In this document: positions 1 to 10,949 of the stretch, one piece after another | Numbering within the stretch: position 1 is the first letter of the stretch | How the letters are laid out: every line of letters begins with the position of its first letter | Assembly (NCBI RefSeq): GCF_006345805.1 | Contig: NW_021835843.1 | Coordinates: forward strand, 1 to 39,941 | DNA length: 39,941 bases | Reading direction: 5' to 3' | Origin: Octopus sinensis | Taxonomy: Eukaryota | Program-made: the position numbers and the translations under genes | Notes under the pieces: generated by a model | The model's database searches: none | What the model saw: the letters and a program-made list of their open reading frames with translations, nothing else | Told to the model about the DNA's origin: nothing

Positions 1-12
1 CAAGTAGAGTAA

Positions 13-1106
13 AATTAATTTATTATATAGAAGGAGCTTCTACAGGACTAGAACTGTTCATTCAAGAGAAATCTTCAGGAAGCTAGTTAACAAGAATTGT
101 ATTGGCATTTATACATTTAGGCAGGTTTAAAGGGGTGTTGGTGGGGGACTTTTGGGGGTAGGCATAGCGCAAAATATCATACTTGGGGGGTGGTCAAGGA
201 GTCAGTGTTAAATTAGATAGAAGAATAAATAAAAAAAATAAAAAAATATATAAAAAAATATATAAAAAAATATAATAAAAAAAGGGAATAGAGTTTAGGT
301 AACTAAGGAGATTCTCACTTATACCTATGCACATATGTATACATATATACACACACATACAAACATATATACATATACATACACACATACGTACACACAC
401 ATATATATACATATATATACACTTACACATACATATACATATCTACACATACACATATATGTATACATACACACACTCACATGCATACACGTATACACAC
501 ATGTATATATACACACACGACCACACATACATATACACACAGAAAAATATATATACACATACACACACATACTCACATACGCGCATACACACACATATCC
601 ACACACACATATGCACACACAGCACACTAGTCCCTATATACACATATATACACATACACGTGTATGTGTATATATTTTTCTGTGTGTATATGTATGTGTG
701 GTCGTGTGTGTATATATACATGTGTATATATTTTTCTGTGTGTATATGTATGTGTGGTCGTGTGTGTATATATACATGTGTGTATACGTGTATGCATGTG
801 AGTGTGTGTATGTATACATATATGTGTATGTGTAGATATGTGTAGATATATATATTTTTATATATTTTTTTATATATTTTTTTATTTTTTTATTTATTCT
901 TCTATCTAATTTAACACTGACTCCTTGACCACCCCCCCAAGTATGATATTTTGCGCTATGCCTACCCCAAAAAGTCCCCACCAACACCCTTTAAACCTGC
1001 CTAAATGTATAAATGCCAATACAATTCTTGTTACTAGTTCCTGAAGATTTCTCTTGAATGAAACAGTTCTAGTCCTGTAGAAGCTCCTTCTATATAATAA
1101 ATTAAT

Positions 1107-1107
<1 letters not shown>
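13..1107. repeat. Long imperfect inverted repeat (fold-back) with microsatellite core
   Basis: 13..~272 is the reverse complement of ~845..1107, differing by small indels. Inner arms ~437..555 pair with ~722..838, and a perfect 32-bp palindrome at 644..675 is centred on CAC|GTG. Confidence 0.9.
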
Positions 1108-1148
<41 letters not shown>

Positions 1149-1155
<7 letters not shown>

Positions 1156-1895
1156 TAAGGGTAGAAATTGATATTAATCATTAAACCAGTGGACTAGCAT
1201 ATTTTTAAAAAATCCGAAGATTAAAAATTTTTTTACATACAAAATTTAGAGGACTGACCACTAAAAGTGGACAGCCTGTATGCTAGATATAGACGTCAAA
1301 ATCGCCATTTTCCACGAAGAATGTGTTCTCAAGAAAGAATTCAGTAAAAAACCAAAGTATACAATAAGCAAGATAAATGAATATATACGAAATAAAAAAT
1401 GATTACTTATGTACTAATTAGTTTCACTTGTTAATATTTACGTATATGAAAACGTAAACATCTGCAAGATCATCAGCATAGTCTGTCGTTTACAAAACAC
1501 AATTTCCAGGACTAGATACAGAACGCTCGACCGAAATCCAGCATGTATACAGTTCTAGAAATTACATTTATGAGTATCTTTCAAATGCCTTCACTTTGGC
1601 ACGCTGAGATCGGAACTTACTCTGCAGTTAATAAACTACAGCAGTTAATTTACCGGCTAGAGAACATTTTTTTTACTTAAAATTAAATAAGGGTAGAAAT
1701 TGATATTAATTAATTAAAACCAGTGGCCTAGCATATTTTATTTCGTATATTTTCATTTGTCTTACCTATTTTTACACTTTGGTTTTTTGCTGATTTTTTT
1801 CTTGAGAACACATTCATCGTGGAAAATGGCGATTTTGACGTCTATATCTAGCATACGGGCTGTCCACTTTTAGTTGTCAGTCCTATAATTTTTGT
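1149..1895. mobile_element. Rearranged repeat with direct plus inverted duplications, possibly Penelope-like pseudo-LTR arrangement
   Basis: ~55-bp direct repeat at 1149..1203 and 1681..1737. ~1239..1397 is inverted at ~1736..1895. Both ends abut (TA)n. The family assignment is inference; no coding motif was recognised. Confidence 0.45.
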
Positions 1896-1955
<60 letters not shown>

Positions 1956-1960
<5 letters not shown>

Positions 1961-2044
1961 ATCCAAACAAGAAAAGCACCAAAAAAACACAACAACGCGA
2001 GGACGTGGAACAAATATAGTATTATTGGACGCTCAGGAAAGAAG
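1956..2044 (-). mobile_element. Repeat family F, 3' fragment
   Basis: Reverse complement of ~12500..12593 and nearly the same as 31751..31850; abuts (TA)n. Confidence 0.85.
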
Positions 2045-2400
2045 CTCGTCGTAGTTATTGGATATCTAATGTCATCATACCGTGGAAATGCTCCTGCTAC
2101 TAGATACACATCAGGAATTCCATAGTATCAGTAGAATTTATATAAAAAAACAAATGAAAGAAAGCGGAATTAACGACATTTAAAAAAACAGCTTCAATTG
2201 TTTCAACAGATTTTTTACACCCGTAGTACATTAGTAAGATGCTGCGTAATCATTATCATGCATCCAGGGTATAAAATACGCCTCCACAGGTGATTGTTTA
2301 ATTAAGTCCTTCGTTAGACCTTACTGTCGTTTTACTCCGTGTGGGAATGCATACCCAAGGAATGCCGTTCATTCCATTTTCTGTCATTTATTTATATAAG

Positions 2401-2520
2401 GCTTAGCGGTATTTCGTCTGTCTCTACATTCTGACTTCAAATTCCACCGAGTCGATTTAGCCTTCATACGTTCGATAAAATAAGTACCAGTTGAGCACTA
2501 GGTTTGATGTAATTGACTTA
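2401..2520 (+). mobile_element. SINE family A, degenerate partial copy
   Basis: Matches the A body (gcttagcggtatttcgtctg...gataaaataagtaccagttg...gatgtaattgact). Confidence 0.8.
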
Positions 2521-2668
2521 ACTGCTATTGCGTATGAGTATAAAAACTGCACTCCTTTGCCAAGGCATATCGAGCCAGTGTGACATAGTAAGCACATCAA
2601 ACCAGTATGATCTCAAACTCAAATTTACAGCCTCCACATCGGACCATGGTTGGTGGAGAAAATATGCA

Positions 2669-2701
<33 letters not shown>

Positions 2702-2829
2702 GTGTGTGTGTATGTGTGCGTGTGTGTTATGGGGATACTAATAATAATGGAACACCCCTTCCATGTGGCGAGTGGTATGTGCTAGTCGTCACAAATACTG
2801 TAACGTAGTAACGAGTTACCTTCGAGGCG

Positions 2830-3990
2830 TACTATAGAAGATATGAACAGATCTTCAATAAAGAGTGCAAAGATTGGGACGACGATATGAAAACGCATCT
2901 AATCCTAAGGAAACTGACAGGAGGAGAACACGAGTGTTACAGCAATTACGTACTCCCGAAAAAAACCTTCTCACATAAACTATAGAAATACAATAGATAT
3001 ACTGTATAAAATTTTTAGCGAGAAAGGCTCTGTGGTCAATACACGTTGGAAATGTTTGAACCTAGAAAAGAACAACAAAGAGGACTACATCACATAGGCT
3101 AGTAGAGTTAACAAAGAATGTGTAAAGTTCAAGCTGGACGAGTTAACGCCAGACGTGTTCAAGTGCCAGGGACTAGCTACAGAAAAAGACTCAGAACTAA
3201 GAACAAGAATTCTCGCAAAGCTGGAACAAAACCAAGCAGTAACCTTACAGCAAGTGTCAGAAGAATGTGAAAGAATAATAAACCTAAAGCACGACACAGA
3301 GAAAATTGAACATAAAGACTGCTTCCAAGTGAAACAAGTGCGTCGAAAAATACAAAACAGGCAGAATAGAAATCAAGTGTGTACTAAAATACATTACAAA
3401 CAGGTCAAAAGTCAGGATACAGACCCAGAGGCGCAATGGCCCAGTGATTAGGGCAGCGGACTCGCGGTCATAGGATCGCGGTTTCGATACCCAGACCAGG
3501 CGTTGTGAGTGTTTATTGAGCGAAAACACTTAAAGCTCCACGAGGCTCCGGCAGCGGATAGTGGTGATCCCTGCTGTACTCTTTCACCACAACTTTCTCT
3601 CACTCTTACTTCCTGTTTCTGTTGTACCTGTATTTCAAAGGGCCGGCCTTGTCACTCTCTGTGTCACGCTGAATATCCCCGAGAACTACGTTAAGGGTAC
3701 ACGTGTCTGTGGAGTGCTCAGCCACTTACACGTTAATTTCACGAGCAGGCTGTTCCGTTGATGATTCAGATCAACCGGAACCCTCGTCGTCGTAACCGAT
3801 GGAGTGCTTCCACTCCACAGACCCGTGCTTTGTAGATAGAGGTCTACACCTGAGAAAAAAACTGTCCGTTTACGAAAGTGGAATGTTTCCGTTGTGAAAA
3901 AAACTGGATACGTAAAAGCGCACAGTAAAACCAAGATGATAAAACAAAGAAAAAAGAGTAAACAAGATGTCGTCGAAAGGAAATGGTAAC
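2830..3990 (+). pseudogene. Gypsy gag remnant, interrupted by a SINE
   Basis: YYRRYEQIFNKECKDWDDDMKTHLILRKL from 2830 and ELRTRILAKLEQNQAVTLQQVSEECERIINLKHDT (ORF 3155..3451). Degenerate zinc-knuckle-like Cys residues at ~3825..3920. Confidence 0.8.
3428..3816 (+). mobile_element. SINE family C, full length, tRNA-derived head
   Basis: A-box-like TGGCCCAGTGATTAGG and B-box-like GGTTTCGATACCC. Matches 26963..27329 and 34238..34623. 8-bp TSD ACAGACCC at 3419..3426 and 3817..3824. Confidence 0.9.
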
Positions 3991-3999
3991 GTGACAAAG

Positions 4000-5163
4000 A
4001 GGAAATTCGTAAATGTGAAAATTGAAAAATGCAGTTAGATACTGGAAGTGATAGTACTATTGTGAATGGAGAAAGTTTGGAAGTATATCAGTAAGCCAAA
4101 ATTAAGAAAATCTACAAAGGTAGCACACGGTGTTACGGATAAAAGATTATATTTCGTAAGTGAATTTGTCTGTAATGTGACATTTCGTGAGCAAATGAAG
4201 ACGGCAAAAGTATGCGTTAAAACTTCAGTAAATTTGTTCGGCATAAAGTGGATGGAACTGTTCAAATTGTGGAAAACGCCTATATGTGTTTTGTGTGGGA
4301 ACAAAGCTGGTTCAATCGAAGGTTGGAATGCAGCTGAAGGATTGAAACGAAAAATAAAACATTTTTTCTCAGATGTTTTTTCAGATGGGCTGGACTGCTG
4401 CACGAAAATGAAGGCAAAAATTGTAGTAAAATAAAGTGTAACACCAATATTTAAGCCAAAACGTAATGTACCGTTCGTGGCACTAGAACAAGTAAATAAG
4501 GATCTTGAAAGCCTAGGAATAATCGAGAAGACGTGCCACTCAGATTGGACAGCCCCTACGGTCTTACGGTCTACGTAAAAAAGAAAAATGATAAGTTACG
4601 AGCTTGTACATATTTTTCAACGGGTTGAAACAATTGCCTAAGCTCACATAACTACCCGTTGCCAAGTCCTGAGGAAGTGTTCGCAAAATTGAATAGAGAG
4701 AAATTCTTAAAATTAGACCTTTCGGAGGTATACTTACAAATACAAGAAGAATACGCACACTTATTAGCCATTAATGCACACCATGGCTTATTTAAATTGA
4801 AGCGGCTTCCCTTCGGTGTAAAAATTGCTCCTTCCATATTTCAACAATGGATACAACGCTGGCGGGCTGTGATTTTGCTATCGCCTATTTAGACGATATC
4901 CTAAAAAAATAATAATAATAAACCCACCAATCACACGAACATGTAGAACACGTTAAAATGGGTATTCGGGAAGATAAGAGAATACGGCTTTAAGCTAAGT
5001 GAAGTGAAATACAAGTTCTTTTTGAAAAAAATTAAATACTTGGGCCAGATAATAGATAAAAACGGACGGAAACCGGATCTATCCAGAACAACAGCGATAA
5101 AAAATATACCCGCGCCGAATAATGTGACTATGTTACATGCATTTTCGGGATTAGAAAATTACT
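4000..5163 (+). pseudogene. Gypsy protease and reverse transcriptase remnant
   Basis: QLDTGSD (DTG at 4038..4046), LKLDLSEVYLQI, KRLPFGVKIAPSIFQ, YLDD at 4886..4897 and KYLGQIID; multiple frameshifts. Confidence 0.9.
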
Positions 5164-5177
5164 AACAAATTTATATT

Positions 5178-5280
5178 CATTATTTACATTATTTACAATT
5201 GACGGACATTTGTCCTCATCTTGTTTGTTATCAACACAACGTTTCGGCTGATATACCCTCCAGCCTTCATCAGGTGTCTT
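5178..5280 (-). mobile_element. Family G 3' fragment carrying an intact-looking minimal hammerhead motif
   Basis: Reverse complement matches 19588..19690. It reads GACAC-CTGATGA-A-GGCTG-gagggtatat-CAGCC-GAAA-CG-TT-GTGTT (5278 to 5233). Confidence 0.85.
5233..5278 (-). ncRNA. Candidate minimal type I hammerhead ribozyme
   Basis: CUGAUGA and GAAA core, 5-bp helix II, 5-bp helix I (one G-U) and a palindromic AACGTT in place of helix III. Putative GUU cleavage triplet. Activity untested. Confidence 0.6.
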
Positions 5281-5463
5281 GTATGAACCGTTTAAGGGAC
5301 CAGCGAAATCAATGTGTAGTTTTGACCACGGAAGATCTACTTTTGACCAAAGTTCACTTTTTATCGTCGGTAATTTTGCTGCTAGAGCACATCTTTTGCA
5401 CCCATTCACTAAATTTTCAATTCCTCTATCCATTTTTGGCCAGTACACGTAGTTACGCATTAA
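5281..5463 (-). pseudogene. Gypsy integrase N-terminal fragment, inverted relative to the element
   Basis: Minus-strand LMRNYVYWPKMDRGIENLVNGCKRCALAAK...PWSKLHIDFAGPLNG (within ORF 5128..5586): the two Cys of the zinc-binding region plus the start of the rve core. Confidence 0.85.
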
Positions 5464-5479
5464 AGCTGGGTGGGGGTAT

Positions 5480-5660
5480 ATCAGATATGCCACCAGCGGA
5501 GCTGATATTTGTGAGGAAAATAAAATCAGTCTTCGACATATTGCCACCTGGTAAGAAAAGAAAAATTGCAATGGATAATACAGCAAGATATTTCAAAATT
5601 GGTGAAAATATATTTGTTAGGGTATATAAAATGGAAAACAAAGTTGGGAAGACGGTGTGA
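5480..5660 (+). pseudogene. Gypsy integrase C-terminal fragment
   Basis: MPPAELIFVRKIKSVFDILPP...FKIGENIFVRVYK resembles the post-core SPAELxFGR...LRTxLD...F..GD.V.VR region. Confidence 0.7.
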
Positions 5661-5994
5661 TTACCAAATGCATAGGAAAAATGCTATACTTGGTAAAAGG
5701 AAGACGATGGGTGTGCAAGTGACACATAAATCAACTGAAAAAAAAAGATTTGTTGAGAGTGAACACATGAGAATGGAAGAACCAATGGAATGGTTATGTG
5801 ATACCCGGACGCATAAGCGAACGAAAAAGAAAATTTACGGAGTTCCTGGAAGTGGATGCCAAACGAAAAAGATATTAAATTTGTAACTGTATGAAAAAAA
5901 GAACCCTCAAAAAAGGGAGGTGGAGTGATGTAAAAATTATTAATAAAAGGAAATAAAATTACACTCCCTGAGAAAAAAAATTTAAAAGGAGTGA

Positions 5995-6200
5995 TGTTAT
6001 GGAGATAACAACAACAACAACAGCAACAACAATAATAATAATAATCATAATAATAATAATAATGGCACACCCCTCTCACGTGACGAGTGGTAAGTACTAG
6101 TCGTTGGTGAAGTTGGTCATAGATAGTCATGTCTTTACTTGTCTAACTATAGAGCTATACCGGATGTTATGTTGTAACCGTCCGACGTTGGATTACAACA
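5995..6200 (+). repeat. 3' LTR of the Gypsy element (right end uncertain)
   Basis: Starts with TG after a purine tract, matches 2725..2790 and contains an expanded (CAA)n(TAA)n. Possible CA end at 6199..6200. Confidence 0.65.
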
Positions 6201-6346
6201 ATATATATATAGTGTATTATGCATTTTATCCAAATGTTATGTTGTTTTTCTTATATATTAATCTAGGTTGTATTATACATGTATTACTCTATGATGTACT
6301 CTATCTAAAACGTTTCTTAATTGTACTGAATTATTGACATAAGGCT

Positions 6347-6440
6347 AAGGCGAACTGGCAGAACCGTTAGTACGCCGGGAAAATTGCTTAGCGGCACTTT
6401 GTCCATCTTTACGGCCTTACTTTATATCTCGCTGGAATAG
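6347..6440 (+). mobile_element. SINE family A, degenerate 5' fragment
   Basis: aaggcgaactggcagaaccgttagtacgccgggaaaattgcttagcggc matches the A head. Confidence 0.7.
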
Positions 6441-6504
6441 ACGATTAGGTACAGCTGTTTGGACCCTGACGATTTATCAAGGCTGACTAGACATTGAAGC
6501 TGTT

Positions 6505-7096
6505 TTAGAGAAAATACGTGTTGGTACTGGGGACAAAGACACACACGTGCATGCATGCGCGTGCAGAAACAAATTGAGAGAGCAAGGCATTACAATTTAT
6601 TAACTGTACACGAATGACAGACACCTTGCCTCTCATCGCACAAATGAAGAGAAATATGGTCACAAACATGAGTGAGCGAGAGCGAACGAGAGAGAGGAGA
6701 GAGAGAGAGAGATAGAAGGATATATATATAGATAGATAGATAGAGAGAGAGAGAGAGAAAGAAGGAGAGAGAGAGGAGGAGGGGGAGGAAGAGGAAGAGG
6801 AGGAAACCATCAAAACGTCAGCATCGAATCAACGACGCCAAATAGTACGTTTTAGCACTATAAGCAAACGCATATACACGCACACACAGAATTATACACA
6901 TGCAGAGAGAGAGAGAGAGAGAGAGGTTAAAATTTATTAATTGAACTCGATTGACAAATACTTTTCCTCTCCTAAAACTCATAATGAGAACTATGTTCAC
7001 ACGTGTTAGGAGAGAGAGACAGGGTAGGCAGAGTAGAACGAGAAAAACATTAAAACGCCTGGTGTCAAATAAGTCAACATCGAATCAGCGACGCCA
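6505..7096. repeat. Old degenerate tandem duplication with GA-rich tracts
   Basis: ~6587..6665 resembles ~6925..7000, and catcgaatca(a/g)cgacgcca occurs at ~6820..6840 and ~7077..7096. Confidence 0.6.
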
Positions 7097-8534
7097 GTTA
7101 GGCTGCGTGAAATTGGTTTTGCAAAACATCTCATACCTATATCTTGCATGCTGTTGATAAAATAGGTGCTTGTCATAAGTCGGGGTTGCTTCGATTTTTT
7201 ACTGTGTTCTTTTATACATGTTAACCTGTTCAGACTATAACACGAGGTTCAACATAACTTTGCACTAAAATATAGCAAACAAACAGAGACCAAAAAAACG
7301 GAAATAACCCCAATAGTGAAGATATCGTAAAGTGGCGTCAATCTGTTAGGAATAGCAACTAGATCTTTCCCAAATTACGCATAACAATCTTACACATTGC
7401 GGGATGATTATTGTTGGAACGATTTTGATCATAGATCTATTCAATAAGATTTCGAAAATAGATCTTATTCAGCTGCGCTGAGTTCCTATCTTCCTCTTTT
7501 ACGCGCTCTGTGTGATTTGAACTCACATTTTCTTGTTTGATTTCGTCTTCTTCCTTTAGTGATATCCTTTTATTCTTCCTTTTTCTTTCATTCTTTCTTC
7601 CTCTCTTTTATTTATTTTTTTCGTCCCGTCTCCACAAAATGAAAGAAGAAAAGGCAAGGAAAGCCAGACCAAGTTTATAAAAGAAACATAAACTTCCATC
7701 TCTATATTCTATTGTGTACTTATTAAATTAGTGTCTTTATGCGTGAATTTAAACTGCATTTTGCTGAAACACAAGACCTATTGAAAGAACCGAAGAAATA
7801 AAGTGGAGTACATTAAGTACAAAAGCTGGAAACAAAACAAAACAAAGACGACTTTGGTTGACATCGGTATTAAAGGTGGGTGTAAACATCTTTGTGGAAG
7901 AAATTTACTGACTGAGATGAACACCTAAAAAGGTTACTCATCCGTTAAAACAGAAATAGTGATATTAACAGATTTTTTTTTTCTTCACGCAAACGAAATA
8001 ATGTCGACAAAACAAGAGAGGGATTAAAATATTTTGGCAGTTAAGTGAATTGGTCTGGCTTACATTTTAACAGCATCTTTTGTTCGAGAGATTATCCCAT
8101 TTGACTTCTGACATTTGTGAGGTCAGATTATTGAAAACAAATGACCCGCATATCCTTCAACATAATGTCGACCCAGTGAAAGGATAAGACGAAAATGTTG
8201 CTTAGTTTACGGATGTAAAAATAGTGATTTTTTTTTTTATCCACAGAATCTGAGAGTAATTTCAAGAATCTAAATTAAGCAGCAATGTAGCGTATCCTTA
8301 ATTCGGAAAGCAGCAAGATTCTTTTTATATACACTGCACATAGAAAATTAATGAAGTTAACTGTGGCGACGTTCCTTAAGATGGCGGTTACCGAAATATA
8401 AAATCAAAGGGTTTATTTACTCATATTTCGCGTCAGAGATAACAATGTTCATATAGATCAAGTTTTGAGGGTTGTAGGTTCTTATCTCGCTAAGGTGTCA
8501 TTCATGGTCATCCTGTTTCTTCTTCTTCTTCTTC

Positions 8535-8574
<40 letters not shown>

Positions 8575-8784
8575 GGCGGCGAGCTGGCCGAATCGTTAGT
8601 GCGCTGGACGAAATACTTAGCAGTATTTCGCCCGTCGCTACGTCTGAGTTCGAATTCTGCCGAAATCGACTTTACCTTTCATCCTTTAGGGTCGATAAAA
8701 TAAGTACCAGTTGAACACTGGGGTTGATGTAATCGATTCATTCCTCCCCCAAAACTGCTGCCCTTATGGCAAAAATTTGAAACC
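8575..8784 (+). mobile_element. SINE family A (type-2 tail)
   Basis: Head ggcggcgagctggc, body cctttcatccttt...gtcgataaaataagtacc, tail ...tttgaaacc(att)n. Confidence 0.9.
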
Positions 8785-8798
8785 ATTATTATTATTAA

Positions 8799-9010
8799 GG
8801 AAGTGAGCTGGCAGAATCGTAACCGCGCTGAGCAAAATGCTTAGCGGCATTTCGTCAGTCTTTATGTTCTGAGTTCAAAACCCGCCGAGGTTGACTTTAC
8901 CTTTCATCCTTTTGGGGTCGATAAATTAAGTACCAGTGAAACACTGAAGTCGGTGTAATCGACTCATCCCCTCCCCCAAAATTGCTGCCCTTGTGGCAAA
9001 ATTTAAAACC
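8799..9010 (+). mobile_element. SINE family A (type-2 tail), directly tandem to the previous copy
   Basis: Same head, body and tail; separated from the previous copy only by (ATT)n. Confidence 0.9.
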
Positions 9011-9307
9011 ATTACTATAATTATTATTGGTTCAAATGAATCCGGAACATTATCCAACGTGTCTTGAATCTCTAAGACAGTAGTTTGTGAATTGAGGGAG
9101 ATTTAACTATTATTTCTAGATGTTGAGCAACTAGATACAGCCTTCTTCATTGGCTTATATGTTTATTGGATAACTAAAAAGGTAAAGAAACAATTTGGAA
9201 ACCAGTCATTAGGTCAGTAAGAAGTTGTACAAGAAATTACTGTTTCGCTTGTTAGGAACGTTGTTGTGTTAAGGTTCTGACGTACCATCTTAGTGTTTTA
9301 GTATATG

Positions 9308-9536
9308 TTTCTTTATTACCTACAAGGGGCTAAACACAGAGAGGACAAACAAGGACAGACAAAGGGATTAAGTCGATTACATCGACCCCAGTGAGTAACT
9401 GGTACTTAATTTATCGACCCCGAAAGGATGAAATGCAAAGTCGACCTCGGCAGAATTTGAACTCAGAACGTAACGACAGACGAAATACGGCTACGCATTT
9501 CGCCCGGCGTGCTAACGTTTCTGCCAGCTCGCCGCC
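9308..9536 (-). mobile_element. SINE family A (type-1 tail), young copy
   Basis: Full length, with an 18-bp TSD TCTTAGTGTTTTAGTATA at 9288..9305 and 9538..9555. Confidence 0.95.
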
Positions 9537-9638
9537 TTCTTAGTGTTTTAGTATAGAAGAGGCATGGACTTCACTAGCTAACGTCTCCTCTACGATAAAC
9601 ATCCCAGGTTTCATTTTTATGTTAGAATCAATTACTAA

Positions 9639-9852
9639 GGTGGTAAGCTGGCAAAAATGGTTAACTCGTCGAACAAAATGCAAAGCGGCATTTCTTCGAG
9701 CTCTTTACAATCCGAGTTCAAATACCGCTGAAGTCAATTTTGCCTTTCATGTCTTCGGGATCGATAAGATAAAGTACTAAGTCAAGTATTTGGGTCGATG
9801 TAATCAACTTCCTTCTCCCCCACATTGTTGGCTTTCTGCCAAAAATTAGAAA
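9639..9852 (+). mobile_element. SINE family A, degenerate
   Basis: Alignable over head, body and type-2 tail. Confidence 0.8.
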
Positions 9853-10114
9853 AAAAACAAAATGTTCGAAACAATTACTTTTACGAAATAACATTTATGT
9901 TGACCTCAATTGCCACATGACTGATAGCAAACAAGGAATAAATGTGAATGCAATGTTTCTCTTTTTAAAACTTGATTATCGTTGTGGTTGTTAGCCCCGG
10001 TCAATCAGACCAAAGATATTCCAGCCTTGCCAATTTTCTCAAAGACGTCACTCCCTAACGTCTCCACTATGATAAACATCCCAGATTTCATTTTTATGTT
10101 AGAAGCAATTACTA

Positions 10115-10330
10115 AAGTGGCGATCTGGCAGAAACGTTAGCACGCTGGGTGAAATGCATAGCGCTATTTTGTCTATCTTTACGTTCTGAGTTTAAAATAC
10201 GCCGAGGTCGACTTTGTCTTTCATCCTTTCGGGGTCGATAAATTAAGTGCCAGTTGTATACTGGGGTCGATCTAATCGACTGGCCCCGCTGCCCAAAAGT
10301 TTTGGGCCTTGTGCCTAGAGTAGAAAAGAA
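10115..10330 (+). mobile_element. SINE family A
   Basis: Full head and body; tail ...ggccttgtgcctagagtagaaaag. Confidence 0.9.
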
Positions 10331-10340
10331 TATTTTTAAG

Positions 10341-10561
10341 GGCGGCGAGCCGGTAGAATCGTTAGCACGCCAGGCGAAAAGCTTACCGGTATTTCGTCTG
10401 CCGCTACGTTCTGAGTTCAAATTCCGCCGAGGACGACTTTGCCTTTCATCCTTTCGGGGTCGATTAAATAAGTACCAGTTACGCACTGGGGTCGATATAA
10501 TCGACTTAATCCGTTTGTTTGTCCCCTCTGTGTGTAGCCCCTTGTGGGCAGTAAAGAAATA
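10341..10561 (+). mobile_element. SINE family A (type-1 tail)
   Basis: Close match to 24713..24928 and to the reverse complement of 9308..9536. Confidence 0.95.
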
Positions 10562-10584
10562 AGAATCGTGAGCTCGCCAGAAAA

Positions 10585-10730
10585 AATTCTAAGCAGCATT
10601 TGGTCCGTCTTTACGTTCTGAGTTCAAATTCCGCCGAGGCCGACTTTGCCATTCATCCTTTCGGGGTCGATAAAATAACCTAGTTGAACACCCCGAACTT
10701 GCTGACTTTGCGCAAAATTTTGAAAGCACT
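10585..10730 (+). mobile_element. SINE family A, partial
   Basis: ttacgttctgagttcaaattccgccgagg...cctttcggggtcgataaaata. Confidence 0.85.
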
Positions 10731-10746
10731 ATTTTCCTAGACAAAA

Positions 10747-10949
10747 GCAGCGAGCCAGCATAATCGTTAGCATGTCGGACAAAATGGCGGCAATTCATCC
10801 ATATTTACGTTCTTAGTTCAAATACTGAAGAGGTCGACTTTGCCCTTCATCTTTTCTGGGTGGATAAAACAAGAGCCAGCTGACCGCTGGGGTCGATGTA
10901 ATCGACTTGCTCTCCCAAAATTGCTGGCCTTGTACCAAACTTTGAAACC
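10747..10949 (+). mobile_element. SINE family A, degenerate (type-2 tail)
   Basis: Head-like gcagcgagccagca...cgttagca; tail ...ggccttgtaccaaactttgaaacc. Confidence 0.85.

Larger units (their letters stand above)
2725..6200 (+). mobile_element. Decayed Ty3/Gypsy LTR retrotransposon (K02A2.6-like gag-pol), internally rearranged
   Basis: Similar termini TGTTATGG(G/A)GATA...ATAATAATGG(A/C)ACACCCC...GAGTGGTA at 2725..2790 and 5995..6105, with a purine-rich tract before the 3' LTR. Gag, protease, RT and integrase motifs lie in between, broken by stops and frameshifts. Confidence 0.9.

Noticed and set aside
194-845. Long ORFs rich in H/T/Y/I/C/V/M here and at 12579..13206, 13483..14180, 16623..17475 and 29623..30268
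   Set aside because: They are translations of (CA)n, (TA)n, (TGTA)n and (GATA)n microsatellites, which lack stops in most frames.
1033-1080. CTGAAGA...GAAAC hammerhead-like motif in the fold-back arms
   Set aside because: Helix II lacks a closing pair, and I could not form helix I adjacent to the core for either possible cleavage triplet.
3428-3500. tRNA-like sequences (also at 19451, 32420 and the heads of family B)
   Set aside because: These are SINE heads with A/B boxes but no complete cloverleaf, and they continue into repeat bodies. Not tRNA genes.
3509-3761. Near-identical ORFs recurring at 3509/3561, 27012 and 34286
   Set aside because: They are translations of SINE family C copies, not a gene family.
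8378-8387. AAGATGGCGG YY1-like motif (similar at 30470..30478)
   Set aside because: Isolated short motif without other promoter evidence.
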